IMG/VR virus record: IMGVR_UViG_3300037847_000264
Location: 1-57,627 of that record
Strand: one strand, 5' to 3'
Length of the DNA: 57,627 nt
Source of the DNA: a virus
Lineage: Duplodnaviria; Caudoviricetes
In this document: positions 29,657 to 36,967 of the stretch, in pieces
Layout: each line of letters opens with the position of its first letter
Position numbering within the stretch: position 1 is the stretch's first letter
The notes under the pieces: model-generated
Told to the model about the DNA's origin: nothing
Database searches by the model: none
Seen by the model: only the letters and a program-made list of their open reading frames with translations
Translations under genes and position numbers: made by a program

Positions 29657-30049
29657 CTAGTTGTCAAACCCTCGTAACTTTATAACAGGGTTCTTTGCTT
29701 GCGGTGGAATTGCATCACCAATGTCATACAACTTATTCTTTAACCATTGCATATCCAAATTCGAATTGGTCAGGCGAGTTTCAAGTTCTGTAATACGATC
29801 TTTCAACTCAGTATTTTCTTTCTTAGTAATCAAGAAAGACTTACTCTTACGTTTCTGCACAGTGGGTTGCAAGTCTTCAGTATACAAATTGTAATTAAAA
29901 ATCTTGTTGCGATACCCAAGAGTAGCTCGCCAATTCTGTAAGGTATTTCTTTCGATACCATACTTTTCAATAGTCTGAACACCAGTGTGATTGTCGTAAT
30001 ACTTACACACCTCATGCTTAAACTCATTCGAATAATTTTTATACGCCAT
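29657..30049 (-). CDS. HTH plus coiled-coil protein (putative regulator)
   Basis: YSNEFKHEVC...KYGIERNTLQNWR transposase-like HTH; leucine heptads. Confidence 0.6.
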   Translation of the reverse strand: MAYKNYSNEFKHEVCKYYDNHTGVQTIEKYGIERNTLQNWRATLGYRNKIFNYNLYTEDLQPTVQKRKSKSFLITKKENTELKDRITELETRLTNSNLDMQWLKNKLYDIGDAIPPQAKNPVIKLRGFDN

Positions 30050-30064
30050 GATATTTACTCCTCT

Positions 30065-30274
30065 CTATAGATTATCATTGACCATTCTGTAAACAATACT
30101 GTTTACATTTTTGGTATCGCCATTAGGTAATAGCAATTCCAAATCCATATCGGTATGACCGAAATCCTCATCATCTTTTTTCAGACGACATACAATCTCA
30201 TTAAGACTGTGACCTTCCTCATTGACAGGCATTGCACCACCCTCAGTGTCGTACCATCCATTTAATTCCATCAT
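30065..30274 (-). CDS. Hypothetical early protein
   Basis: 69 aa; tightly packed operon. Confidence 0.55.
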   Translation of the reverse strand: MMELNGWYDTEGGAMPVNEEGHSLNEIVCRLKKDDEDFGHTDMDLELLLPNGDTKNVNSIVYRMVNDNL

Positions 30275-30384
30275 TTCATTAATCCTTCACAAATTCTGCG
30301 GTCAGTGGATATGATAACGATCTTACCATTGTCATCATACAGTATCCACTTTCTACCACGTTGCACCAATGTCATTATATCCAT
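30271..30384 (-). CDS. Hypothetical early protein (37 aa, not in ORF track)
   Basis: MDIMTLVQRGRKWILYDDNGKIVIISTDRRICEGLMK; GGAGGAG RBS; coupled both sides. Confidence 0.55.
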   Translation of the reverse strand: MDIMTLVQRGRKWILYDDNGKIVIISTDRRICEGLMK

Positions 30385-30599
30385 CACTCCTCCTCAATCC
30401 AAGCACGAGCATTATACCTACATCTTGCAGCCCACTTACGTTCTTCAAGCGTAGCTTCTCGTGCATCCTCATCCCATTCCATCATCTGACCAACGCTATC
30501 CCATCCAAGATCAGCCCTATCGGGGTCTGGATCATCGGTCAGGCGTCCATCAGGTTGTTCATAGAACGGCCATGAATCACTTGTAATGTACATTTTCAT
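30384..30599 (-). CDS. Hypothetical early protein
   Basis: 71 aa; GGAGG RBS. Confidence 0.6.
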   Translation of the reverse strand: MKMYITSDSWPFYEQPDGRLTDDPDPDRADLGWDSVGQMMEWDEDAREATLEERKWAARCRYNARAWIEEE

Positions 30600-30617
30600 A
30601 GTACACCTCCATAAAAT

Positions 30618-30691
30618 TGGCAGGGGTTGTAGGAATCGAACCTACAGCGATGGGTTTGGAATCCATCGTGTTACCATTACACCAAACCCCT
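30618..30691 (-). tRNA. trnW: tRNA-Trp (CCA)
   Basis: AGGGGTT/AACCCCT acceptor stem, GTGT/ACAC D-stem, TT-CCA-AA anticodon loop, GTAGG-TTCGATT-CCTAC T-arm, encoded CCA end. Confidence 0.92.
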
Positions 30692-30707
30692 AACATAGGT
30701 ATAGGAA

Positions 30708-30733
30708 AGCACCCCATGCAATCACAGGGTACT
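30708..30733 (-). terminator. Stem-loop between first early ORF and tRNA (terminator or processing site)
   Basis: Minus strand AGUACCCUGUG/CAUGGGGUGCU with G-U pairs, followed by a short U-run. Confidence 0.5.
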
Positions 30734-30743
30734 CATCCAATAC

Positions 30744-31241
30744 TCACGCAATGATAGCTTTGAGTGCTTTGATCTTGTCTGCATCGACAACATCACCATC
30801 TTGCAAACCATCTTGACGCCGCTTGTCTGCACGTGCAATCAGTGCAGCAATCATGTCGTCAAGGTTCATGGGTTTGTACTCAGGTTCTTTCTTGAACTCC
30901 CAGAATGGCGTAGCACATGCAGCCTTAGCATCATCAAGAGAAATCTTGGTGCGCTTCGCATGATAGGCAAAGCATGAATTGTCAGCGTCCCACACGAATG
31001 TGGCATAAGCCTCAACCCAAGCTTTGAACGCATTAGCACGAGCCATACTTGGTATAGCTGCAAGCAATGCATTCATCTGACGAACAGCAACAGACACGTC
31101 ACTGCTCTCATGCCATCGACGAACGATAGAACAAGCAGTACGGTGGATGTCCTTCTGAATAGACTTTCCACGCTTACTGATTGAAGCAATCATATCATCA
31201 ATCTTTGCATCGGTAGTAATAAGAGAAATTTTAGTAGCCAT
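30744..31241 (-). CDS. First early protein, 165 aa (start revised to MATKISL)
   Basis: GGAGG RBS 5 nt upstream of the ATG at 31241; helical protein with ATPFWEF motif. Confidence 0.75.
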   Translation of the reverse strand: MATKISLITTDAKIDDMIASISKRGKSIQKDIHRTACSIVRRWHESSDVSVAVRQMNALLAAIPSMARANAFKAWVEAYATFVWDADNSCFAYHAKRTKISLDDAKAACATPFWEFKKEPEYKPMNLDDMIAALIARADKRRQDGLQDGDVVDADKIKALKAIIA

Positions 31242-31244
31242 GTA

Positions 31245-31810
31245 AACCTCCAACGATATAGCCAAACACCATGCACTCACCATGAATGCACAGTGCAAGC
31301 TATACCGTAGGCCACGCACAAACCACAGTGTACGCAAAGTACCATTTACAAAAAATATTCCATGTAAACAGGTACTAATGTTTGCAGGTTCTCTACTAAC
31401 TCGAACACGTTTTTCGGTAATTGCAAACATAAGCTACGTGGCCTATGGGTTCACTTGCATAACAATGGGTGCAGGTCTCAGCAGGTGCGTAGCATGTGTC
31501 GCACTTATCCCATTGCAATAATATTGCTATCCGAAACGGACGGTCATTTTGCAGGTTGACAGGCATCGCATAACGTTCCTGACCAATCAGGTAACGCACT
31601 TGCACTGATGCAAACGCACTGCAATATCGCATCCGATATACTTACTGTCCACCCTGAACCAATCCAAGCATTAGGCATGGCTCAGGCCTTACGGCACTGT
31701 CTTATTGGGCATCCTTCTAGCCACCAATAAGTATACGGTACACCCTAGGGTGCTATAGTCACTCTTTACGGTAGGTTCACCCGTCTGGCTGTGATAACCA
31801 GTAATATTGT
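31245..31810 (-). ncRNA. Candidate large structured ncRNA / ornate leader RNA
   Basis: >10 hairpins and nested long-range stems, GNRA-capped GCC-GUAA-GGC hairpin, several G-U pairs on minus strand, no convincing ORF. Confidence 0.6.
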
Positions 31811-31937
31811 GAAAACAGAATACCAAATAAGAATAAGAAATAAACAAAAAAGAATTGTTTAAAATCAAAGACTTAGAAAAAAAGTTATATTCAGTAAAAT
31901 GAATATGATCACCTGAGCCTGACCAAATTCACGTTTT

Positions 31938-31981
31938 GTTCTCTTGATGTTCTATGTTAGTGATTCGTTCATGATTCGTTC
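31938..31981. promoter_or_regulatory. Two alphaproteobacterial LexA (SOS) boxes GTTC-N7-GTTC
   Basis: GTTCtcttgatGTTC (31938-31952) and GTTCatgattcGTTC (31967-31981), each with a degenerate third unit upstream. Confidence 0.7.
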
Positions 31982-32063
31982 TCTTTTATTATATATAATG
32001 TGTCGGGTAGCTATGGGGTATATATTCAAGTATATGAATGTTTGAATATGTTGTAATTCCTAG

Positions 32064-32080
32064 TTGCGAATGAGTCGCAA
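32064..32080. promoter_or_regulatory. Palindrome resembling a Fur/Mur-family operator
   Basis: TTGCGA-atgag-TCGCAA perfect inverted repeat. Confidence 0.4.
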
Positions 32081-32565
32081 TTTCAAGAATACTTTATGTT
32101 TTTAGTAAGGTATTATTGTTTTATAATACTATATTGTGTAAATTATGTAATAAATACAATGTATTAACCTAATAAATTAGTGTCATATTCACATATTCGA
32201 ATATTTGAATGTATTGATTGGGATAGGCATGGGACATACGGGGGGTATGGGATACGTATATACCCAGAATGACAGAAATTAGGAATTTAAAGTCTGTTAA
32301 CCACAATGAAATATCTACATGTTATACTATAACACCTTTATTTTATTAAATATATCAGTAGTATTGACCTATATTATGTAAATACTGTAGGAAGCCCCAG
32401 GAATTACGTTATCTCTCCACACAATGTGGGGTAGCCTGGGGGGTATCTTAGGTTATTCTGGGGGCATCTCAGGAACTCTGACAGCTATTTTGCAGTGTTA
32501 CCCAATATATACGACATAATGGGGACACGTAATCAATAAATATTAAAAATATTTTGTCGTACCCC

Positions 32566-32595
32566 TTGACAGCGGGGCATAAAGTAATATATAAT
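32566..32595 (+). promoter_or_regulatory. Sigma70 promoter
   Basis: TTGACA-N18-TATAAT (or N16-TATATA). Confidence 0.55.
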
Positions 32596-32661
32596 ATACT
32601 TAATGTAATACATTACGCTTAACTTTAACTTTATTACTACTTTAATATAATAGTAATATTA

Positions 32662-32697
32662 ATACTTATAGTAATACTTATAGTAATACTTCTAGTA
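32662..32697. repeat. 12-bp tandem repeat (ATACTTATAGTA x3), iteron/operator-like
   Basis: ACTTATAGTA at 32664 and 32676, ACTTCTAGTA at 32688; same 10-mer at 26496 and 26549. Confidence 0.75.
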
Positions 32698-32741
32698 TGT
32701 ACACTCGATCTAACTTTTTTCTGTCGTATCAAGAAAAAGTA

Positions 32742-32771
32742 TTGACCTTAGTAGTTAAAAAGGTATAACTA
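32742..32771 (+). promoter_or_regulatory. Promoter TTGACC-N16-TATAAC(TA), probably giving a leaderless mRNA
   Basis: ATG at 32775 lies at the expected TSS. Confidence 0.6.
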
Positions 32772-32774
32772 AGG

Positions 32775-33026
32775 ATGTCCAAATCAAGACTGTTTGCTTC
32801 AGACAAAGTAATAGAGGAATTTTACAAAGCTCTTGCTGACAAAAACGAAGCAAAGCTACGTAGAGTACACATACCACGTTCAGATGTATTCTACATACGA
32901 GAAAAAATTTACCAAGACACAGGCATTAGGTATTCTCTTGATAGAGTAGAAAGAGCTATGTACCTTGAGGGACATCTTAATAGGTACGATGTACTAGATC
33001 CTGACAAAAAGAGAGATTGGGAATAA
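32775..33026 (+). CDS. Hypothetical protein (83 aa)
   Basis: First gene of + arm; TAATG-coupled to next gene. Confidence 0.7.
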   Translation: MSKSRLFASDKVIEEFYKALADKNEAKLRRVHIPRSDVFYIREKIYQDTGIRYSLDRVERAMYLEGHLNRYDVLDPDKKRDWE

Positions 33027-33328
33027 TGGTAGAAGAGTACGACTTAGATAAAAACGGAAAGTTAGACGCAGAAGAGCGTGAGATCTATCTTGAAGATAGA
33101 CGTAGAAAGATGGAAGACGAAGATGCCAAGCGTGATGCCCAGCGCAACATGACTTGGTTTGCTCTTTCAGGAATGGTACTCTATCCAATGGGTATCTTTC
33201 TTTGTACATTACTTAACATGGATACAGCAGCAATGTTGATAGCAGACATAGCTAACATCTATGTGGTATCTGTATCAGCACTCGTTGGTGCATACTTTGG
33301 ATTCAATGCAATAGGAAATAAAAAATGA
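33026..33328 (+). CDS. EF-hand-containing two-TM membrane protein (holin/antiholin-like)
   Basis: DLDKNGKLDAEE loop, two hydrophobic helices; start revised to ATG 33026. Confidence 0.65.
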   Translation: MVEEYDLDKNGKLDAEEREIYLEDRRRKMEDEDAKRDAQRNMTWFALSGMVLYPMGIFLCTLLNMDTAAMLIADIANIYVVSVSALVGAYFGFNAIGNKK

Positions 33329-33711
33329 TACAAGGTTTGATTGGACCTATAGCAAATTTAGCAGGGACATGGTTAAATGGAAAAGTTGAAACAAAAGCTG
33401 CAGAGACTAAAGCAAAAGTTGCCAAAGCTGAAGCTGAAGCGCAGATTATGCTGTCTCGTGCAACCAGTGAGGCAGATTGGGAAAAGATTATGGCACAAGG
33501 TAGCCAAGCTTCGTGGAAAGACGAATGGCTAACTATCCTATTTTCAATTCCATTAATACTAGCCTTTCTACCTTTTGAATGGGCAGACGCAGCTGTAGCT
33601 AATGGCTTTGCTGCTTTGGAGACTATGCCTCAGTGGTATAGCTATACACTTGGAGTAATCGTAGCGGCCAGCTTTGGTGTAAGGTCAGCTACTAAGTTTT
33701 TTGGGAAATAG
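33325..33711 (+). CDS. Holin (3TM/GTA-holin-like)
   Basis: SWKDEW, TM helices, PQWY...ASFGVR; upstream of endolysin. Confidence 0.65.
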   Translation: MIQGLIGPIANLAGTWLNGKVETKAAETKAKVAKAEAEAQIMLSRATSEADWEKIMAQGSQASWKDEWLTILFSIPLILAFLPFEWADAAVANGFAALETMPQWYSYTLGVIVAASFGVRSATKFFGK

Positions 33712-33713
33712 AC

Positions 33714-34169
33714 ATGGCATTTAAATTAAGCAGACGTAGCCTTGATAGGCTAGAGGGTGTTGACGATAGAATGGTAGCAGTTGTTAAACATGCTATCACA
33801 GCTACTAACACCGACTTCGGGGTTATCCAAGGTATGAGAACTCTGGAACAACAAAAAGAATTAGTTGCAAAAGGCGCAAGCCAAACCATGAAGAGTAAGC
33901 ATTTAGAGGGACTAGCAGTAGATCTTATGGCTTATATCAATGGTCGTGGCTCTTGGGAGTTAAACCTATATGATGACTTAGCAGATGCTATGAAAGAAGG
34001 TGCAAACTTTGTAGGTTGTAAGGTTCGTTGGGGAGCAGCTTGGCACATAGACAATATCGGTGAGTACGAAGGTTCTATGGAAGAAGCTATGAATGAATAT
34101 ATTGATCTACGTAGATCTCAAGGACGTAGACCTTTTATTGATGGGCCACATTTTGAGTTGATGGTGTAG
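33714..34169 (+). CDS. Endolysin, M15 L-Ala-D-Glu peptidase
   Basis: LS.RS..RLEGV, GMRTLEQQ, SKHLEGLAVD, RWG..W, DGPHFEL. Confidence 0.85.
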   Translation: MAFKLSRRSLDRLEGVDDRMVAVVKHAITATNTDFGVIQGMRTLEQQKELVAKGASQTMKSKHLEGLAVDLMAYINGRGSWELNLYDDLADAMKEGANFVGCKVRWGAAWHIDNIGEYEGSMEEAMNEYIDLRRSQGRRPFIDGPHFELMV

Positions 34170-34171
34170 GT

Positions 34172-34456
34172 ATGGCAACAACTAAAGATGTAGAAAATTT
34201 AAGTAACGGTAGAAAAAAATATCGTGGTGAAATCTATCCAGGATATAACAAACCAAAGAAAACACCTGGCGGAGCTAAGAAATCTGCAGTGTTAGCAAAG
34301 AAAGGCGACCAAGTAAAGGTTGTTCGTTTTGGTGATCCCAACATGTCTATTAAAAAGGATCAGCCAGCTAGACGTAAAAGTTTTAGGGCTAGACATAATT
34401 GCGATACAGCAACTGACAAATTTACTGCAAGGTATTGGTCGTGTAAGGCTTGGTAA
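34172..34456 (+). CDS. Small basic conserved viral protein
   Basis: KVVRFGDPNM...RRKSFRARHNC...ARYWSC. Confidence 0.7.
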   Translation: MATTKDVENLSNGRKKYRGEIYPGYNKPKKTPGGAKKSAVLAKKGDQVKVVRFGDPNMSIKKDQPARRKSFRARHNCDTATDKFTARYWSCKAW

Positions 34457-34644
34457 TGTGGCTTGCTATGGTATTAGCTTGCAGTACACCATACGCTCAG
34501 TCGTGCATAGTATTTGCAAAGAATGAAGAATTATTTATGACAGAAGAACTGTGTAAAGAAGAAACAGATAGAGTTACGCTTATGATGCAATCTCAAGGAA
34601 CATTTGCTAGACCTGCCTGTTTTAAAATCGGAACAAACTTATAG
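34456..34644 (+). CDS. Small secreted Cys-containing protein
   Basis: MWLAMVLAC signal-like N-terminus, 4 Cys; TAATG coupling. Confidence 0.55.
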   Translation: MWLAMVLACSTPYAQSCIVFAKNEELFMTEELCKEETDRVTLMMQSQGTFARPACFKIGTNL

Positions 34645-34653
34645 GAGTATAAA

Positions 34654-35004
34654 ATGAAAAAATTATTACTGGCATCTGCATTTGCAGTTGCAGCTACATC
34701 GGTATCGGCTATTGATCTAGGTTATGGATTATCTGTTGGTGCTGAAACAGATATGAGTTATACAACAGGAACAGAAACATGGGAACTGGATGTTACCCCT
34801 AAACTAAGTATGGGTGCATACGGAGTTTCTTTTTCTGCTGAAACAACTGTAGATGTGTTAGACATTAACAATGGTGACATCTTTACAGGAGTAGACTGGA
34901 AAGCTGAATACGCTTGGAAAGGTCTAACAACATACACGGAAGTATCATCAGATGCTGACTTTGAATTTGGTGATATCACAATGGGTGCTAAGTTTAAATT
35001 TTAA
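34654..35004 (+). CDS. Small outer-membrane beta-barrel/porin-like protein
   Basis: Sec signal MKKLLLASAFAVAATSVSA, amphipathic beta strands, C-terminal GAKFKF. Confidence 0.75.
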   Translation: MKKLLLASAFAVAATSVSAIDLGYGLSVGAETDMSYTTGTETWELDVTPKLSMGAYGVSFSAETTVDVLDINNGDIFTGVDWKAEYAWKGLTTYTEVSSDADFEFGDITMGAKFKF

Positions 35005-35007
35005 TCG

Positions 35008-35226
35008 GTGAGTAAAATGACAGAAGAACAACTAGAAAAAGAAATCCAAGAAAAGCAACAGCAACTTCATGAACTTCGTTATGGAGAGATTGATAAAGCT
35101 TATGCTGAGTTTCAAGATGCACGAAAGGTTGCATTAGAAAAATATGAAGCTTGGAGAGAAGCTTGTCAAAAGCATGGCTCTTCTCCTAATAGTATTATGT
35201 ATTACTTCAACACTTGGAAATTCTGA
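35008..35226 (+). CDS. Hypothetical coiled-coil protein
   Basis: 72 aa; operon context. Confidence 0.55.
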   Translation: MSKMTEEQLEKEIQEKQQQLHELRYGEIDKAYAEFQDARKVALEKYEAWREACQKHGSSPNSIMYYFNTWKF

Positions 35227-35405
35227 TGCCTAAGAAAAAGAGTACAGTAAATGCTGCTGGTAACTACACTAAACCAACCATGCGTAAAAACTTGGTCGCA
35301 AAGATCAAGGCAGGTTCAAAAGGTGGCAAGCCTGGACAATGGTCAGCGAGAAAAGCGCAGATGGTTGCCAAACAATACAAAGCAAAAGGGGGAGGCTACA
35401 GGTAA
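35226..35405 (+). CDS. Small basic protein
   Basis: YTKP.MRK...GSKGGKPGQWSARKAQMVAKQYKAKGGGY. Confidence 0.7.
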   Translation: MPKKKSTVNAAGNYTKPTMRKNLVAKIKAGSKGGKPGQWSARKAQMVAKQYKAKGGGYR

Positions 35406-35698
35406 TGAAGGCTCCCCAAAAGTCTCTGAAAAAGTGGACAAAGCAAAAGTGGCGAACCAAAAGTGGGAAGCCTAGTTCTAAAACTGGTGAACGTTATTTA
35501 CCTACTGCGGCTATTAAGTCTCTTAGCAGCGCTGAGTATGCCGCTACAACCAGAGCTAAACGAAAAGGCACGAAGGCAGGTAAGCAGCATGTGGCTCAAC
35601 CTAAGAAAGTCGCAGAAAAAACTAAACGATTTAGAGCCGCCAAAGGTGGAGTTGTAGGCAATGGCAAAACGACCAGATCCAAAAGTAGGAACAGGTAA
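35405..35698 (+). CDS. Small basic protein (start revised to ATG 35405)
   Basis: QKSLKKWTKQKWRTK...TGERYLP; TAATG coupling. Confidence 0.7.
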   Translation: MKAPQKSLKKWTKQKWRTKSGKPSSKTGERYLPTAAIKSLSSAEYAATTRAKRKGTKAGKQHVAQPKKVAEKTKRFRAAKGGVVGNGKTTRSKSRNR

Positions 35699-35960
35699 AA
35701 AACCTAAAGGTTCTGGACGTAGGTTATATACAGACGAGAACCCAAAAGATACAGTATCTATAAAGTTTGCTACTATAGCTGATGCAAAAGCTACTATAGC
35801 AAAAGTAAAAAGAATTAAAAAATCCTACGCAAGAAAGATTCAAATCTTGACAGTGGCGGAGCAACGTGCTAAGGTTATGGGAAAAACCGCAATAGCTAAA
35901 CTATTTAAAGAAGCTAAAGCACAGTTGCGAAGGAAACATAATGCCGTATCTAACAAGTAG
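35661..35960 (+). CDS. Small basic protein
   Basis: LYTDENPKDTVSIKFAT; Lys/Arg-rich. Confidence 0.65.
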   Translation: MAKRPDPKVGTGKKPKGSGRRLYTDENPKDTVSIKFATIADAKATIAKVKRIKKSYARKIQILTVAEQRAKVMGKTAIAKLFKEAKAQLRRKHNAVSNK

Positions 35961-36621
35961 TATCCCTCACTTTAAAGCTTGGGTAAGAAGAGAATACACT
36001 AAAAACTTAGAAGAGTATCATGGAGAGTTCTTACATTGTATGGTCATTGGCGTCACTACTATGCCAAACAGGACTCTCAGCTTTCAAGTTATTTTTACAG
36101 GCTGCGAGTCTGACTTTGATGATGGTCCCAATATACATGGCGGTGCGATGTGGGCTAGATTACCTCTTGTAGCTCTTGTGGCAGACACCCCCCTAGAAGA
36201 TTGGCCAGAAGAGTTACCACCGTATCTAGCACAACCTTGGGATTGTATGTCGCACTATCACAGTGTATACAAGTTAGAACGTGCAAGCCCAGCGCCTTGG
36301 ATAGCAAAGATAGATGGAGAGTTTTATCCAGCTAAATATTATTTTACAGTAGACTACACAGATAGTGAAGTTGCTGACGATCCAGCACAACATAAACAAT
36401 CTCACGTATTAGAGTTGTTAGATGCTGGACAGTATACTGGTAACATTGTTGCGTTACCCAATAATAGAGTGAGAGTAACTCACCCAGCTTGGTTTGAAAC
36501 AGGAGAAGGCGCTCCAGACTTTAAACCAAATCAACATGTATACAACTCGAAAGAAAACGTAGACTATGTTTGGGATACGCAACGAGTTTTTAACAATTTA
36601 TATAGTGAGGAAGAATCATGA
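35941..36621 (+). CDS. Hypothetical protein (226 aa)
   Basis: His/Cys/Trp-rich, HGGAMWARLP, QPWDC, QHKQSH, LPNNRVR. Confidence 0.75.
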   Translation: MPYLTSSIPHFKAWVRREYTKNLEEYHGEFLHCMVIGVTTMPNRTLSFQVIFTGCESDFDDGPNIHGGAMWARLPLVALVADTPLEDWPEELPPYLAQPWDCMSHYHSVYKLERASPAPWIAKIDGEFYPAKYYFTVDYTDSEVADDPAQHKQSHVLELLDAGQYTGNIVALPNNRVRVTHPAWFETGEGAPDFKPNQHVYNSKENVDYVWDTQRVFNNLYSEEES

Positions 36622-36959
36622 TGATGAAGAAAAAAGGTTACGCTAAGGGCGGCATGAAGAAAAAAGGAATGGCTAAAGGTGGAGCCATGATGAAAAAGAA
36701 AGGCTACGCAAAAGGTGGTTTGAAACCAGCACCAAACAAAGGTGCAGCATCACTACCTAAAAAAGTTCGCAACCAAATGGGTTTTATGAATAAAGGTGGA
36801 ATGGCTAAGAAAAAAGGTTACGCTAAAGGTGGTGCTATGATGAAGAAGAAAGCATACGCTAAAGGTGGTAAAGTAGCTATGTACAATCAAGGTGGCATGG
36901 TTAAGTCTACTGGCACAATGAATACTGGTATTAAGACTGCTAAAAACACATACAAGTAG
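36618..36959 (+). CDS. Lys/Gly/Met-rich repeat protein (7 x [YFM]-x-x-GG units)
   Basis: KKKGYAKGG-type repeats; GAGGA RBS. Confidence 0.75.
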   Translation: MMMKKKGYAKGGMKKKGMAKGGAMMKKKGYAKGGLKPAPNKGAASLPKKVRNQMGFMNKGGMAKKKGYAKGGAMMKKKAYAKGGKVAMYNQGGMVKSTGTMNTGIKTAKNTYK

Positions 36960-36967
36960 GAAACGAT

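Noticed and set aside
29657-30049. IS3-type transposase OrfA
   Set aside because: Only the HTH resembles it; no DDE OrfB or terminal inverted repeats
30618-30691. Suppressor tRNA / alternative genetic code
   Set aside because: Anticodon is the standard CCA; genes end normally at TAA, TAG and TGA with high coding density in code 11
31242-31632. ORF-track N-terminal extension of 30744-31430 and short ORFs 31282-31521 and 31396-31632
   Set aside because: No RBS and atypical composition; a strong GGAGG precedes ATG 31241; the region is better explained as structured RNA
32580-32700. Possible CRISPR/mini-array
   Set aside because: Repeats are 12-bp tandem units without unique spacers; the Cas4-like gene is an ordinary phage replication exonuclease
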